A stretch of 36,228 nucleotides of DNA from a virus (taxonomy: Duplodnaviria > Caudoviricetes), in the IMG/VR virus record IMGVR_UViG_3300006052_000019, positions 1 to 36,228 of that record; one strand, written 5' to 3'. The notes beneath the pieces are model-generated. The model was given only the letters and a program-made list of their open reading frames with translations, did no database searches and was not told where the DNA came from. This document shows, one piece after another, positions 1 through 8,121 of the stretch. The position numbers and the translations under genes are program-made. Each line of letters starts with the position of its first letter. Positions within the stretch are counted from its first letter, which is position 1.

Positions 1-120
1 GCTGCGCGGTGGCGCTGGATTTCGGAGCCTTACAACTGGAAGCGGTTAGGGTCTGTTCTTTCGCAGCAACATCTGGCAAATATCGCTGATGCCGCCATGC
101 AAGGTAAGGGGGAAGCATGA
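1..120 (+). CDS. 3' end of a hypothetical protein (5'-truncated)
   Basis: Frame 1 is open from base 1 to TGA 118-120, which overlaps the next ATG (ATGA at 117-120), typical of phage translational coupling. Confidence 0.4.
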   Translation, partial: AARWRWISEPYNWKRLGSVLSQQHLANIADAAMQGKGEA

Positions 121-194
121 GGAGCGCGATTGCCGCATCACTTTTGATGCTGTGGGTAGGAGTTGCGTTGATCTTGTGGAGGATGCTGCCATGA
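117..194 (+). CDS. 25-aa single-TM peptide MRSAIAASLLMLWVGVALILWRMLP
   Basis: Below the ORF-track cutoff. ATGA overlaps at both ends (117-120 and 191-194), purine-rich SD-like AAGGGGG upstream, hydrophobic core. Confidence 0.5.
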   Translation: MRSAIAASLLMLWVGVALILWRMLP

Positions 195-1159
195 CGCTTG
201 ACAGGCGGTTGAGAGAGATGGCGAATGAAACGGCTTCCGGGAATAAGATTATCCGCGACGGGCGCACGGTTGACGTTGGCCGTTGGGGGATACCAGAAGA
301 CTCCCACCTCCTGCGTAGCCCGGCAGCCTTCCTGGACGACGTGCAAGAACTGTTTCGGGACACCAGCTGCAAGGGTGACCGCATGCCTTCCATCAAGACG
401 CATGGCCTCATGCAGTTTCGGCCAGGAGAGGTCAGCCTGTGGGTCGGGTACAAGGAGAGCTACAAGTCGACCTTCATCAACGAGCTTGTGACCAGCTGGG
501 CGTGCCGCGGATTGAACGTGGCCGTCGCTTCCCTGGAGATGCCGGCGCCGATCTTGCTCAAGAAGACCGTGCAACAGGCCCTGGCAAAGCAGGGACCAGA
601 CAGAGCATCGGTTGAAAAAGCGGTGGAGCATTTATCCAACAGTATGACAATCTACGACGTGACTGGCCGGGTGCCGCCCAAGCATCTGCTGGCCATCATG
701 CGGTACTGTGCTGTCGAGCTCGAGTGCCGGCATTTTGTCCTGGACAACTTGACCATGATCCTTTCGACATCCAACGAGAGGACAGAGGAGCATCAGTCTT
801 TTGTTGCCGACTGCACCACCATCTCCAGGACAACCGGGATGCACATCCACCTGGTAGCACACTGCACCAAGCCGGAGGGCGGGGACGAGGGAAAGATCCC
901 CAACGGGTACAACGCCAGAGGAACGGGTGCGGCTCCAGACATGGTCGACAACCTTCTGGTGGTATGGCGCAACAAGCCCAAGGAGACCAAGATCGACAAC
1001 GGCGAGGACGATGACGATGTGCGCAAGCAGCCAGACGTCATGGTCGTCGTAGACAAGCAGCGGCACTGGGACTACCGCGGCACCTTCAAGTTCTGGATCG
1101 ACAGGAGATCCCTGAGGTTTAGGGAGTTTGGGAACAGCGAATGCCTACCGTTTTTGTGA
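191..1159 (+). CDS. SF4 (DnaB / T7 gp4 / Twinkle-like) replicative helicase, no primase domain
   Basis: H1 GEVSLWVGYKESYKST, H1a VASLEM, H2 FVLDNL, H3 HIHLVAH, H4 RGTGAAPDMVDN, then DKQR. Start moved from 89 to ATG 191 because of GGAGG at 178-182 and the ATGA overlap. Confidence 0.85.
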   Translation: MTLDRRLREMANETASGNKIIRDGRTVDVGRWGIPEDSHLLRSPAAFLDDVQELFRDTSCKGDRMPSIKTHGLMQFRPGEVSLWVGYKESYKSTFINELVTSWACRGLNVAVASLEMPAPILLKKTVQQALAKQGPDRASVEKAVEHLSNSMTIYDVTGRVPPKHLLAIMRYCAVELECRHFVLDNLTMILSTSNERTEEHQSFVADCTTISRTTGMHIHLVAHCTKPEGGDEGKIPNGYNARGTGAAPDMVDNLLVVWRNKPKETKIDNGEDDDDVRKQPDVMVVVDKQRHWDYRGTFKFWIDRRSLRFREFGNSECLPFL

Positions 1160-1422
1160 AGCCAAAGCGCAAAGGCCTGGCGGCCTGGGTCAACTGCGAA
1201 TGCTGCGATGACTACCTCTGCACGATCCACAAGGGCAAGCACGTTTTTGAGTGCGATTGCCCTGGGATCGAGGAGTGGGCCGCCCTATGGATCAACCCGT
1301 ATGAAAAGGGTTCTCGGGCTACTGCTCTGAGACAACCTGGTTGGATTTCCCGCCCTGTTCTTTTGCGACTTGTTCAGCGCGACGACGGCGAGCCTGATCC
1401 ATCCGAGAGTCCAGATCTATGA
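1156..1422 (+). CDS. small Cys/His-rich putative Zn-binding protein
   Basis: CECC..YLC.IH...H...CDC cluster. GTGA overlap with the helicase stop. The 3' part overlaps terS on the other strand. Confidence 0.55.
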   Translation: MKPKRKGLAAWVNCECCDDYLCTIHKGKHVFECDCPGIEEWAALWINPYEKGSRATALRQPGWISRPVLLRLVQRDDGEPDPSESPDL

Positions 1423-1933
1423 AAACGTTCATCTGAGCCTGCTCAGGAGCCAGCAACTGGTTTACCTGGGCCAGGATCTTGAGGGCCGGCACCGGGTCGG
1501 CGAACTTGACCTTACGGATCATGGTCGGCGGGGCCCCATCGTCGTGGAATTCCAACTCGGTCTCGTAAGCCCTTAAACAGGCCGCTGTGCCCTCGTCGAG
1601 CTCGGCCATGGGTACATAGCTACCGTCCTCCCGGAAGAGCTTGCGGGGGTCCATACGGCCTATACGGGCCAGTCTGGCAAGGATCTCCCCGTTTTCCATC
1701 CGTTCGTCATCAAAACGCTTCTGGACCTGGGCCCGGAGGAACGTGGCCACGTTTTCCTTGCGCAGGACTCGATGGGCGTTCTTGGCCGACTTTTCGGAAT
1801 AGCCGGCCTCTATGGCCGCCTTGACCACGTTGCCCGTACGCAGATAATGGAAGACCAGGTCGATTTCCTTCATGGTCAAACCAAAAGGCCTGGCGGCCTT
1901 GTCCAGGGGGAACTGTTTTTCTATCTCGGTCAT
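1319..1933 (-). CDS. terS: terminase small subunit
   Basis: HTH YLRTGNVVKAAIEAGYSEKSA, then LARLARIGRMDPRKLF and KVKFAD..ALKILA, the usual TerS pattern. Confidence 0.88.
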   Translation of the reverse strand: MTEIEKQFPLDKAARPFGLTMKEIDLVFHYLRTGNVVKAAIEAGYSEKSAKNAHRVLRKENVATFLRAQVQKRFDDERMENGEILARLARIGRMDPRKLFREDGSYVPMAELDEGTAACLRAYETELEFHDDGAPPTMIRKVKFADPVPALKILAQVNQLLAPEQAQMNVFIDLDSRMDQARRRRAEQVAKEQGGKSNQVVSEQ

Positions 1934-2121
1934 GGTTTTGACTGCCTGTTTCCAATAAGGTCGGATACTACTTGTGATATCCGCACCAGGGAATGGGCAT
2001 GGGACCGGCTATCGCGTTCAACAGCTTCAAGTCGCTCAGCCATGCGCTGCATTTCCAGCCTATGCCTGGCCACCTGATTTTCCAGGCTGGCGATTCTGGA
2101 CATCAGGTGGGGATCGTTCAT
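1930..2121 (-). CDS. hypothetical coiled-coil protein
   Basis: 4-nt overlaps with both neighbours; heptad pattern. Confidence 0.6.
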   Translation of the reverse strand: MNDPHLMSRIASLENQVARHRLEMQRMAERLEAVERDSRSHAHSLVRISQVVSDLIGNRQSKP

Positions 2122-2492
2122 TGGATCACCGTAGGCGCCGCATGCGCCCGCGCCCAGGCGCGGCGACGCTCCTCCCAGTCGACCAAAAGCTTTTGAACCG
2201 AGGCGGTCATGCTGTTCCAGTTCGTTTCGCGGAACGCTTGCTTGTTGCGCTTGACGATCGGCTCGCTACGGCCCTCTCGCAGGTCAGCGATCATGGCTTC
2301 CAGGACTTTCTCCAGGGCGCCGCGGATCCAGGCGTCGTCGACTACATGTTCCGGGCCAACGATCGCCCAGGCCTGATTGAGGCCGCAAGGGAAGCGCGCA
2401 ATGAAAGCGAACACGTTGGGCCTGTTCTCATCGAACATTGGAACCAGGGTCGTGGTGAGCGGCTTCTGGTTCAATTCTTCCTGGGTGATCAT
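2118..2492 (-). CDS. hypothetical protein
   Basis: ATGA-coupled within the minus-strand operon; globular composition. Confidence 0.65.
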   Translation of the reverse strand: MITQEELNQKPLTTTLVPMFDENRPNVFAFIARFPCGLNQAWAIVGPEHVVDDAWIRGALEKVLEAMIADLREGRSEPIVKRNKQAFRETNWNSMTASVQKLLVDWEERRRAWARAHAAPTVIQ

Positions 2493-2755
2493 GCAAACCT
2501 CGACGGAATGCGCAGAGCAACTTTGGCGTTCATTTGCTCGGTTGTGAATGGATGCTCGTAGTCCTTAAGCGCGGCATCACTAAACAACCGCGCCTCCCAC
2601 ATGGCGCTCAGAGCTTTAGAAGTGTAGAACGGATAGATAGATGGCCGCCTCAGATTCCACTCGCCGATCCACTTCATCGCCTTCTCGCGCTCGTACCTGA
2701 TGTGCCGCTTGGCACTGCGAGCCATGCGTTCAATCTGATCGTTGATCTTTTCCAT
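2489..2755 (-). CDS. hypothetical protein (start MEKIND)
   Basis: TGATG overlap with the upstream stop at 2755; stop overlaps the next start. Confidence 0.6.
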   Translation of the reverse strand: MEKINDQIERMARSAKRHIRYEREKAMKWIGEWNLRRPSIYPFYTSKALSAMWEARLFSDAALKDYEHPFTTEQMNAKVALRIPSRFA

Positions 2756-3141
2756 CAGAAAAACTCCGGCTTTGTCACAGCACGCACGGCTGCCATGACC
2801 CCCTGCTGCATTTGGGTACGCGCGATAGCCAGCCAGTGCGGATCGGCCCCATTGCCCCCCAGCATCTTGAGCAGAAAATCGCACGCCACCCCGTGCTGGC
2901 GGATCATTGACACCAGACCGCTCTCTTCCTGAGACAGGACCCTATAACCCGGTGTCATGCTGGGCTTTTCCTCGACCGTGGCCGGATTTTTTTGAACCGG
3001 ATCGGCGTACGGTTTGATGGGCCAGACAACATCACCATTAAAGTCAATAGATCCTTTGCCACCACAGTCCAAGCAAAACCGGTCCACGTTGAAACTATGC
3101 AGGTCCGGCTGGTCCAAATACCTTTTGTGTTCGCAGGTCAT
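2755..3141 (-). CDS. acb2: Acb2 / T4 Vs.4-like anti-CBASS cyclic-nucleotide sponge with N-terminal Cys/His extension
   Basis: The C-terminal 67 aa (GYRVLSQEE...DPHWLAIARTQMQQGVMAAVRAVTKPEFF) match the remembered Acb2 pattern GYRxLSQEE...[27 protein letters not shown]. Confidence 0.8.
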   Translation of the reverse strand: MTCEHKRYLDQPDLHSFNVDRFCLDCGGKGSIDFNGDVVWPIKPYADPVQKNPATVEEKPSMTPGYRVLSQEESGLVSMIRQHGVACDFLLKMLGGNGADPHWLAIARTQMQQGVMAAVRAVTKPEFF

Positions 3142-3476
3142 AACTTCTCCTCCGGATCCCCGTTGACGCGCGCACGGAACGGCGGGCCCTTGGGGTTGAG
3201 CTTTGTAGGCTTGCCTCGCGCCTTGCGGGCCTTCTCAATGGCCTCCGTTGTCTGGCGCTTGGGTTTTGGAAAATTCTTGATCGATGCCATGGCACTCCTT
3301 TTGAACCATTGGGGCTTGAACTTTTGCAACTGCAAAATGCGCCTGGCCGGGATCTCGCCAGTACGCACCCAGCGGTTGATGGCTTGCTTGCTGATCGGTT
3401 CACCGTGTTCGATGAACAGGTCCCTCAGGTGGTAAGGCCGGCCACCTGCAAATGAAATCGCGTCGACTGTTCTCAT
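3138..3476 (-). CDS. Cro-like HTH regulator with basic C-terminal tail
   Basis: MRTVDAISFAGG...ISKQAINRWVRTGEIPARRILQL is a Cro/YdaS-like pattern; first gene of the operon. Confidence 0.75.
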   Translation of the reverse strand: MRTVDAISFAGGRPYHLRDLFIEHGEPISKQAINRWVRTGEIPARRILQLQKFKPQWFKRSAMASIKNFPKPKRQTTEAIEKARKARGKPTKLNPKGPPFRARVNGDPEEKL

Positions 3477-3484
3477 GGTTGGCG

Positions 3485-3514
3485 AGGATACAATTCACGA
3501 ACCATCAACGTCAA
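3485..3514 (-). promoter_or_regulatory. sigma70-like promoter for the cro-acb2-terS operon
   Basis: TTGACG-N18-TATCCT on the minus strand, ending 8 nt upstream of the cro ATG. Confidence 0.55.
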
Positions 3515-3527
3515 TCGCGGGTTTACC

Positions 3528-3827
3528 ATGTCCAAGTTTGGAAACATCAAGACGAACGGGTTCGCCTCGAAGAAGGAAGCGCGTCGCTACGCAGAGCTCT
3601 CGCTGCAGAACAAGGCCGGGCATATAACTGACCTGCGGACCCAGGTGTCGTACGAACTCATCCCAAAGCAGGAGGGAGAACGAGCGATATCGTACGTTGC
3701 CGACTTCGTTTATCGGCAGGACGGGAAGGTTGTCGTCGAGGATGCCAAGGGGTTCCGGACTGACGTGTACCGGATCAAGAGGAAGTTGATGCTTTGGCGC
3801 CATGGGATCAGAATCCTCGAGACATAG
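3528..3827 (+). CDS. DUF1064-family PD-(D/E)XK endonuclease
   Basis: SKF.N...FASKKEARRY.EL, YVADFVY, VVEDAKG..TDVYRIKRKL. Confidence 0.85.
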   Translation: MSKFGNIKTNGFASKKEARRYAELSLQNKAGHITDLRTQVSYELIPKQEGERAISYVADFVYRQDGKVVVEDAKGFRTDVYRIKRKLMLWRHGIRILET

Positions 3828-4008
3828 GGGCACACTTTACCCGCGCCGCCTCGCGTCCGCCCGAATGCACCCCAACGCGGTACCCTTCATTGAACGCCTT
3901 TTGCACATCAGCCTGGCGCTTCTCTTCCTTGAGGTCCTCGTTGCCCACCAGGGCAAACGCAAGAAGAATTACCAAGACTACAGCCGCACCTTTGATTACC
4001 GTGATCAT
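3808..4008 (-). CDS. small membrane-anchored hypothetical protein
   Basis: N-terminal hydrophobic helix, GGAGAGG SD, AFNEGYRVG motif. Confidence 0.65.
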   Translation of the reverse strand: MITVIKGAAVVLVILLAFALVGNEDLKEEKRQADVQKAFNEGYRVGVHSGGREAARVKCAPMSRGF

Positions 4009-4020
4009 GTCCTCTCCCTG

Positions 4021-4086
4021 GTCAACTACCGGTTGACTCGTGTTTCGGACTATGCCATGCTCCGCCCCACGCCGTCAACTGATGGC
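4021..4086. promoter_or_regulatory. divergent promoter region with inverted repeats
   Basis: Plus strand TTGACT(4033)-N17-CATGCT with TGn. Minus strand TTGACG(4078)-N18-CATAGT. Palindrome GTCAAC-N5-GTTGAC at 4021-4037 and imperfect GCCGTCA-AC-TGATGGC at 4071-4086. Confidence 0.5.
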
Positions 4087-4133
4087 GTCTGAAACGAGTC
4101 GAGACGACACAACCTGAAACGAGAGGACACGAT

Positions 4134-4544
4134 ATGCCGCGCGTAGGTGAAATGCTCCCCAGCAAGTTCCTGAAAAAGGAAGATTGCGAACCCGCCATCC
4201 TGGTGACCATAGCCGGAGTGGAGCAACAAAACGTTGGCACCGATGAGGCGCCCGAAGACAAGTGGGTACTCCTGCTTGAGGAGACCAAGCCCATGGTGCT
4301 TAACAGCACCAACCTGCAGTTGCTCTCCAAGATCTTCAACTCCGACGACAGCGACGACTGGATCGGCAGGAAGGTGGTCTGCTATTCGGATCCCAACGTG
4401 TCTTTTGGCGGCAAGCTAATCGGCGGCATTCGCGTTCGCGCATCCAAGGCAAAGCCGTCGGCTGAGCCCCAGGCGCCGCAGTCAAAGAGCAAGGCCAAGC
4501 CTGCTCCCGCGGCTGAGGAAGACGACAGCGATATACCGTACTGA
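4134..4544 (+). CDS. putative ssDNA-binding protein
   Basis: SKFLKKED...LNSTN...DDWIGRKV...GIRVR core, Pro/Ala/Lys linker, acidic SSB-like tail DDSDIPY; GAGGA SD. Confidence 0.65.
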   Translation: MPRVGEMLPSKFLKKEDCEPAILVTIAGVEQQNVGTDEAPEDKWVLLLEETKPMVLNSTNLQLLSKIFNSDDSDDWIGRKVVCYSDPNVSFGGKLIGGIRVRASKAKPSAEPQAPQSKSKAKPAPAAEEDDSDIPY

Positions 4545-4552
4545 GGACGGCG

Positions 4553-4750
4553 ATGTTTTCGGACATTGAAAAGCAAGCCTTCCCATCGGAAGGTGCAGGT
4601 TCAAGCGGGATGACTTTGCGAGATTACTTTGCCATCCGCCTGTACGAGACCGCGCTCAAGCTAAAGCCGCCAGGCCCGCGAGGCATGATTGATGTTGCCG
4701 AGCGGGCCTACGGCCTGGCTGACGACATGATAGAGGCCAGAGACAAGTGA
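4553..4750 (+). CDS. conserved small phage protein (GMTLRDYFA family)
   Basis: AFP...GMTLRDYFA...AYGLADDMIEAR motif. Confidence 0.8.
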   Translation: MFSDIEKQAFPSEGAGSSGMTLRDYFAIRLYETALKLKPPGPRGMIDVAERAYGLADDMIEARDK

Positions 4751-5358
4751 CTGACAAGCTCACGTTTGACGAAGCCAGCCACGAGTACCGTATGGGCGGC
4801 GTGCGTGTGCCCAGCGTGACGCAGATCTTGCGTGACCTGTCGCTCATCGCACGCCTGCCAGACGGCATGCTTGCCGAGGCGTCCGTACGGGGGAAGATGG
4901 TCCACAAGGCTGTTGAGCTCTACAACCAGGACGACCTGGACGAAAGCACCGTCCACCAGGATTACATGCCGTACCTGCGAGCCTGGAAACGGTTTTGCGA
5001 CGACCATCAGTACGAGCCCCTCATCAATGAGCCAACCCTGTACTCGCACAGGTGGGGATACGCCGGCACTCCGGACACGTTCGGCAGCTGGAAGCAGATA
5101 CGCAAGCGACCACGCGTTCTTCTGGACGTCAAGACCGGCGGCACTGACCCGTGTCACGGACCACAGACGGCTGCCTACGTCGAGCTCCTGCGAGAAGAGG
5201 GACTTTTGTCTCGCGTAGAGATGCCGCAGCGGGCAATCGTTCGTCTGCAACCTAACGGCATGTACCAGGTCGACCCTATGCTGGATCCGGGTGACTGGTC
5301 TGTGTTCATGTCATCACTCACCGTATATCGGTTCAAGGAAAAACATGGAATCACATAA
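4747..5358 (+). CDS. PD-(D/E)XK (Cas4-like / RecB-like) exonuclease
   Basis: HEY...PSVTQIL, RG..VH, GYAGTPD, LLDVKTG, QTAAY. Confidence 0.85.
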   Translation: MTDKLTFDEASHEYRMGGVRVPSVTQILRDLSLIARLPDGMLAEASVRGKMVHKAVELYNQDDLDESTVHQDYMPYLRAWKRFCDDHQYEPLINEPTLYSHRWGYAGTPDTFGSWKQIRKRPRVLLDVKTGGTDPCHGPQTAAYVELLREEGLLSRVEMPQRAIVRLQPNGMYQVDPMLDPGDWSVFMSSLTVYRFKEKHGIT

Positions 5359-6028
5359 CGCAATTGACATCGTCAGGGCCAAAGTGATCGAGCTTCACAT
5401 CGAGGCCAGCTACAAGATCGCCAGCGCGGACGAAGCGGTCAGCGCCAACGACATACTTGGCAAGGTCAAGACGCTGAACAAGACGATCGTGGACGCCAAA
5501 AGCGCCGAACTGGCGCCGCTTAACGACCAGGTCAAGGCTGTCCGCGAAAAGTATCGGGAGGCCGAGGCCATGGTCCTTCAGGCTGAGGAGACCCTCAAGC
5601 GGGCTCTAGTTATCTTTCGTCAGGAAGAGACCAAGCGACTTGAAGAGGTGCGCCGGCTCGAGATCCTGGCCGCCGAAAAGGAAAAGGCCCGGCTGGAAAA
5701 ACAGGCCGATAAGGCGCGCGAAAAGGGGCAGGAAGAGAAGGCTGACGCCCTTGAGCTAACTGCCCAGCTTGTGTCCGCTCCAATCGAACAGGCGGCTCCT
5801 ACGGCCCTTGCAGGGGCATCTTTCCGGGAGACCTGGAAAGGCAAGGTCACCAACCTGTCCCAGTTTCTGACCTCCCTGGCTTCCTCGCCCTACGAGCTTG
5901 AGGACGTGGTCAAGATCCACCAGCCTGGCCTTGATCGGCTGGCCAAGACCATGAAAACGAACATGTCCAAGATCCTGCCCGGAGCGGTGGCAGTTATGGA
6001 AGAGACCATGGCCGTCCGCGGCAAGTGA
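5345..6028 (+). CDS. coiled-coil protein of the recombination module
   Basis: Long charged helical region, C-terminal FRETW...LPG pattern; start ATG 5345 with AAGGA SD. Confidence 0.7.
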   Translation: MESHNAIDIVRAKVIELHIEASYKIASADEAVSANDILGKVKTLNKTIVDAKSAELAPLNDQVKAVREKYREAEAMVLQAEETLKRALVIFRQEETKRLEEVRRLEILAAEKEKARLEKQADKAREKGQEEKADALELTAQLVSAPIEQAAPTALAGASFRETWKGKVTNLSQFLTSLASSPYELEDVVKIHQPGLDRLAKTMKTNMSKILPGAVAVMEETMAVRGK

Positions 6029-6234
6029 GCCAGGAGGAAGCCTGGGCCTTCGAAAGGGAAGCAGCCTGGAATGAATTTGTCCTGATCGTGTCCTGGGTAA
6101 GGGCTGGTGACAAGACTAGGGCTGCGGAGTATCTTCGCAAGATAGAGGCGAAGTTTGGCCGCAAGGTCTCTGATGAGGCAAAGCAAGAAGTCATCAACGC
6201 GGCCCGGTTGTGGAAGAAACTACCAGGAGAATGA
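6025..6234 (+). CDS. hypothetical protein
   Basis: GTGA overlap with the upstream stop; helical composition. Confidence 0.65.
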   Translation: MSQEEAWAFEREAAWNEFVLIVSWVRAGDKTRAAEYLRKIEAKFGRKVSDEAKQEVINAARLWKKLPGE

Positions 6235-6235
6235 A

Positions 6236-6427
6236 ATGGGACGTCCTATGTCGGAAGCCAAGAAAGAGCTCGAAAAGGCCGAAAAGACCGAGCGCACGAT
6301 GATCAAGCCTGGGATGAAGGCTGCCTTCGAGAAGAACGAGAAGAAGGAGCACAAGGCCATGAAGGTTGTGGCCAAGGCAACGCCGCTCAAGAAGCCGGCA
6401 AGCTACCGCGCTGGCCGGGGGCGCTGA
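6236..6427 (+). CDS. small Lys/Glu-rich protein
   Basis: AGGAG SD at 6225-6229, ATG 6236; stop overlaps the next ATG. Confidence 0.65.
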   Translation: MGRPMSEAKKELEKAEKTERTMIKPGMKAAFEKNEKKEHKAMKVVAKATPLKKPASYRAGRGR

Positions 6428-6585
6428 TGCCTCCGGTCTCGCAAGCCCAGCGCGCCGCCATGGGCGCTGCGGCCGCCGGCAAGTCCACCCTGGGCATCCC
6501 CGCCAAGGTGGGCAAGGAGTTCATCAAGGCCGACCAGGGCGGCAAGCTGCCCAAGAAGGCCAAGAAGCAGGTCAAGCGGCGATGA
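6427..6585 (+). CDS. 52-aa basic phage protein [52 protein letters not shown]
   Basis: Missing from the ORF track. TGATG overlap at the start, ATGA at the end, strong GC3 bias. Resembles the MP..S.AQ..M.AAA...GIP..V.KEF small phage family. Confidence 0.75.
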   Translation: MPPVSQAQRAAMGAAAAGKSTLGIPAKVGKEFIKADQGGKLPKKAKKQVKRR

Positions 6586-7130
6586 TCTACATGATCTGGC
6601 TTGCCCAACTCCTGATCATGTTGGCGGCGCTCCCAACGGTGCCCTTCATCATGCTGGTGGCCGTCTGGTTTCAGGATCGCACCACGGGCCGGATGCCGGT
6701 CGGCCTGCGCTGGCTGGAGACGTACGACGACCTGGGCCCCCAGCAGGGAATGTACGAGCCGGCGGTGGTGTGGTGGTTCAACCACTTTGGTTGGCGCGCG
6801 AAACAGTGGTACTGGTTGGGCTGGCGCAACCAGGTCTACACGCTGTTCTGGCGCATGGCCCCAGCCATAGGCGGCCAGAACTGCACCATGTATCGGTTGG
6901 GCAACCACGGCGTTGGAACCTGGTCCTACAAACTGTCTCCGGACTTCGCGAACAACCCCCTGGTCTACTTTGAAAAAGGCCACACCTTCCGGGCGTTTTG
7001 GAAGTCATGGACTATCGGTTGGGGATGGAAGCTTTTCTCCGTCGAGCGGTTCCTGGATCCAAGCCAACCTACGAAACCAGGACCACTAGACCGCCCGCTG
7101 TTCTACCTGCAAGTGCGGCCCGTCAAATAA
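6582..7130 (+). CDS. Trp-rich membrane-associated phage protein
   Basis: Start MIYMIW by ATGA overlap; N-terminal TM; LRWLET.D, WLGWRN and GWGWKL motifs. Confidence 0.7.
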   Translation: MIYMIWLAQLLIMLAALPTVPFIMLVAVWFQDRTTGRMPVGLRWLETYDDLGPQQGMYEPAVVWWFNHFGWRAKQWYWLGWRNQVYTLFWRMAPAIGGQNCTMYRLGNHGVGTWSYKLSPDFANNPLVYFEKGHTFRAFWKSWTIGWGWKLFSVERFLDPSQPTKPGPLDRPLFYLQVRPVK

Positions 7131-7158
7131 AAAAGCCGCCCAACTCGGGCGGCTTTCT
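7129..7158. terminator. bidirectional rho-independent terminator
   Basis: AAAAAAGCCGCCC-AACTC-GGGCGGCTTTCT between convergent genes. Confidence 0.85.
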
Positions 7159-7171
7159 CAACCACAGAACA

Positions 7172-7642
7172 TCAAAGGTCGCGGTGCGGAGAGTTCGGCG
7201 CCGAGTCCTCCGCATGCTGCAGGCCTACTACTGCCAGGCGCTGAGCAACCTTGGATAGCGTGGTAGCGGCCTCCTGGACATGCGCAGGAGCGTCGGGCGT
7301 ATGCAGCTGCTTGGCCACCACGGCGATGTCTGCCGCAGCCTTGACGTGCGCAGAAGAAATCTCATGGGGCTGGTCAGCGGCATGGGCCTGGGTGGGAACA
7401 ACCATCTGCGGTTTGGCTACCTTGACTTCCGCTTGAGTGGGCGGCGCAATGGGAAGGCTTGCCAAAATGCGAGGGTACTCAGGCGGCGTGTGCGTGTTGG
7501 TCGGCAGTGCCGGTGCCGGTGCCGGTACTTGCGGCGTGGACGTGGTGCTTTTCTTCGTGGCCATGTGATAGGCCGTAAGCACCAGCAGGATGCCCAGGAA
7601 TACGCCCAGGGCGAGTAGCAGTTGATTCGTGTCGATAATCAT
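7172..7642 (-). CDS. membrane-anchored Pro/Ala/His-rich protein
   Basis: N-terminal TM helix; ATGA-coupled to the spanin gene. Confidence 0.65.
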   Translation of the reverse strand: MIIDTNQLLLALGVFLGILLVLTAYHMATKKSTTSTPQVPAPAPALPTNTHTPPEYPRILASLPIAPPTQAEVKVAKPQMVVPTQAHAADQPHEISSAHVKAAADIAVVAKQLHTPDAPAHVQEAATTLSKVAQRLAVVGLQHAEDSAPNSPHRDL

Positions 7643-8121
7643 CGTGTTGCTCCAAGATTGCTTTCTAGGGCGCGGATTTGGATGGCTGCGCCGTCACCAA
7701 GTTGCTGACCTCGTTGAAGTAGGACGTTACATCTTTTGACCATTCCTGCAAGGCTGTAGGAGACTTCATTATCTCCGGGGCCACTTCCAGCTTGGGGCAC
7801 ACCGACAGATCCACTTTTGGCGAAGGCGTCGATGGCGGAGTTGAGCAGCACGACGCGACTAGACAAGTCAGCAGCGCGCTTATCGGCCGCTTGACGCTCG
7901 GCCTGGTACTGCGTTGTGATACGGATGCGTTCATCATCGAACTCCCTTTGTTTAGCTGCTGCCTGGGCCAACAGCGTTGCTGTTGCTTCAGCGTCAGCCT
8001 CCTTGATCTGGGCGATCTGCTTCTCAAGCCCGTCTATTAGAGGCGTGGCATAGACAAACAGCATCAGCATCGCGCCGACGGTGGCCACGATACCGTACTT
8101 GAGAAGCGTGAGGTACATCAT
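7639..8121 (-). CDS. i-spanin (Rz-like)
   Basis: N-terminal TM plus coiled coil and one Cys; downstream of the endolysin; contains an embedded lipoprotein ORF. Confidence 0.75.
   Translation of the reverse strand: MMYLTLLKYGIVATVGAMLMLFVYATPLIDGLEKQIAQIKEADAEATATLLAQAAAKQREFDDERIRITTQYQAERQAADKRAADLSSRVVLLNSAIDAFAKSGSVGVPQAGSGPGDNEVSYSLAGMVKRCNVLLQRGQQLGDGAAIQIRALESNLGATR
7665..7934 (-). CDS. o-spanin (Rz1-like lipoprotein) embedded in the i-spanin gene
   Basis: AGGGAG SD 7 nt before ATG 7934; KR + hydrophobic stretch + lipobox LVAS-C; Pro-rich mature part with a further Cys. Confidence 0.7.
   Translation of the reverse strand: MNASVSQRSTRPSVKRPISALLTCLVASCCSTPPSTPSPKVDLSVCPKLEVAPEIMKSPTALQEWSKDVTSYFNEVSNLVTAQPSKSAP

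Noticed and set aside
89-190. Longer helicase N-terminus from the ORF track
   Set aside because: ATG 191 has GGAGG and ATGA coupling, and the region is better explained by the 117-194 peptide.
4747-5358. Cas4-like nuclease as a sign of CRISPR
   Set aside because: Ordinary phage recombination exonuclease beside an SSB-like gene; no array.
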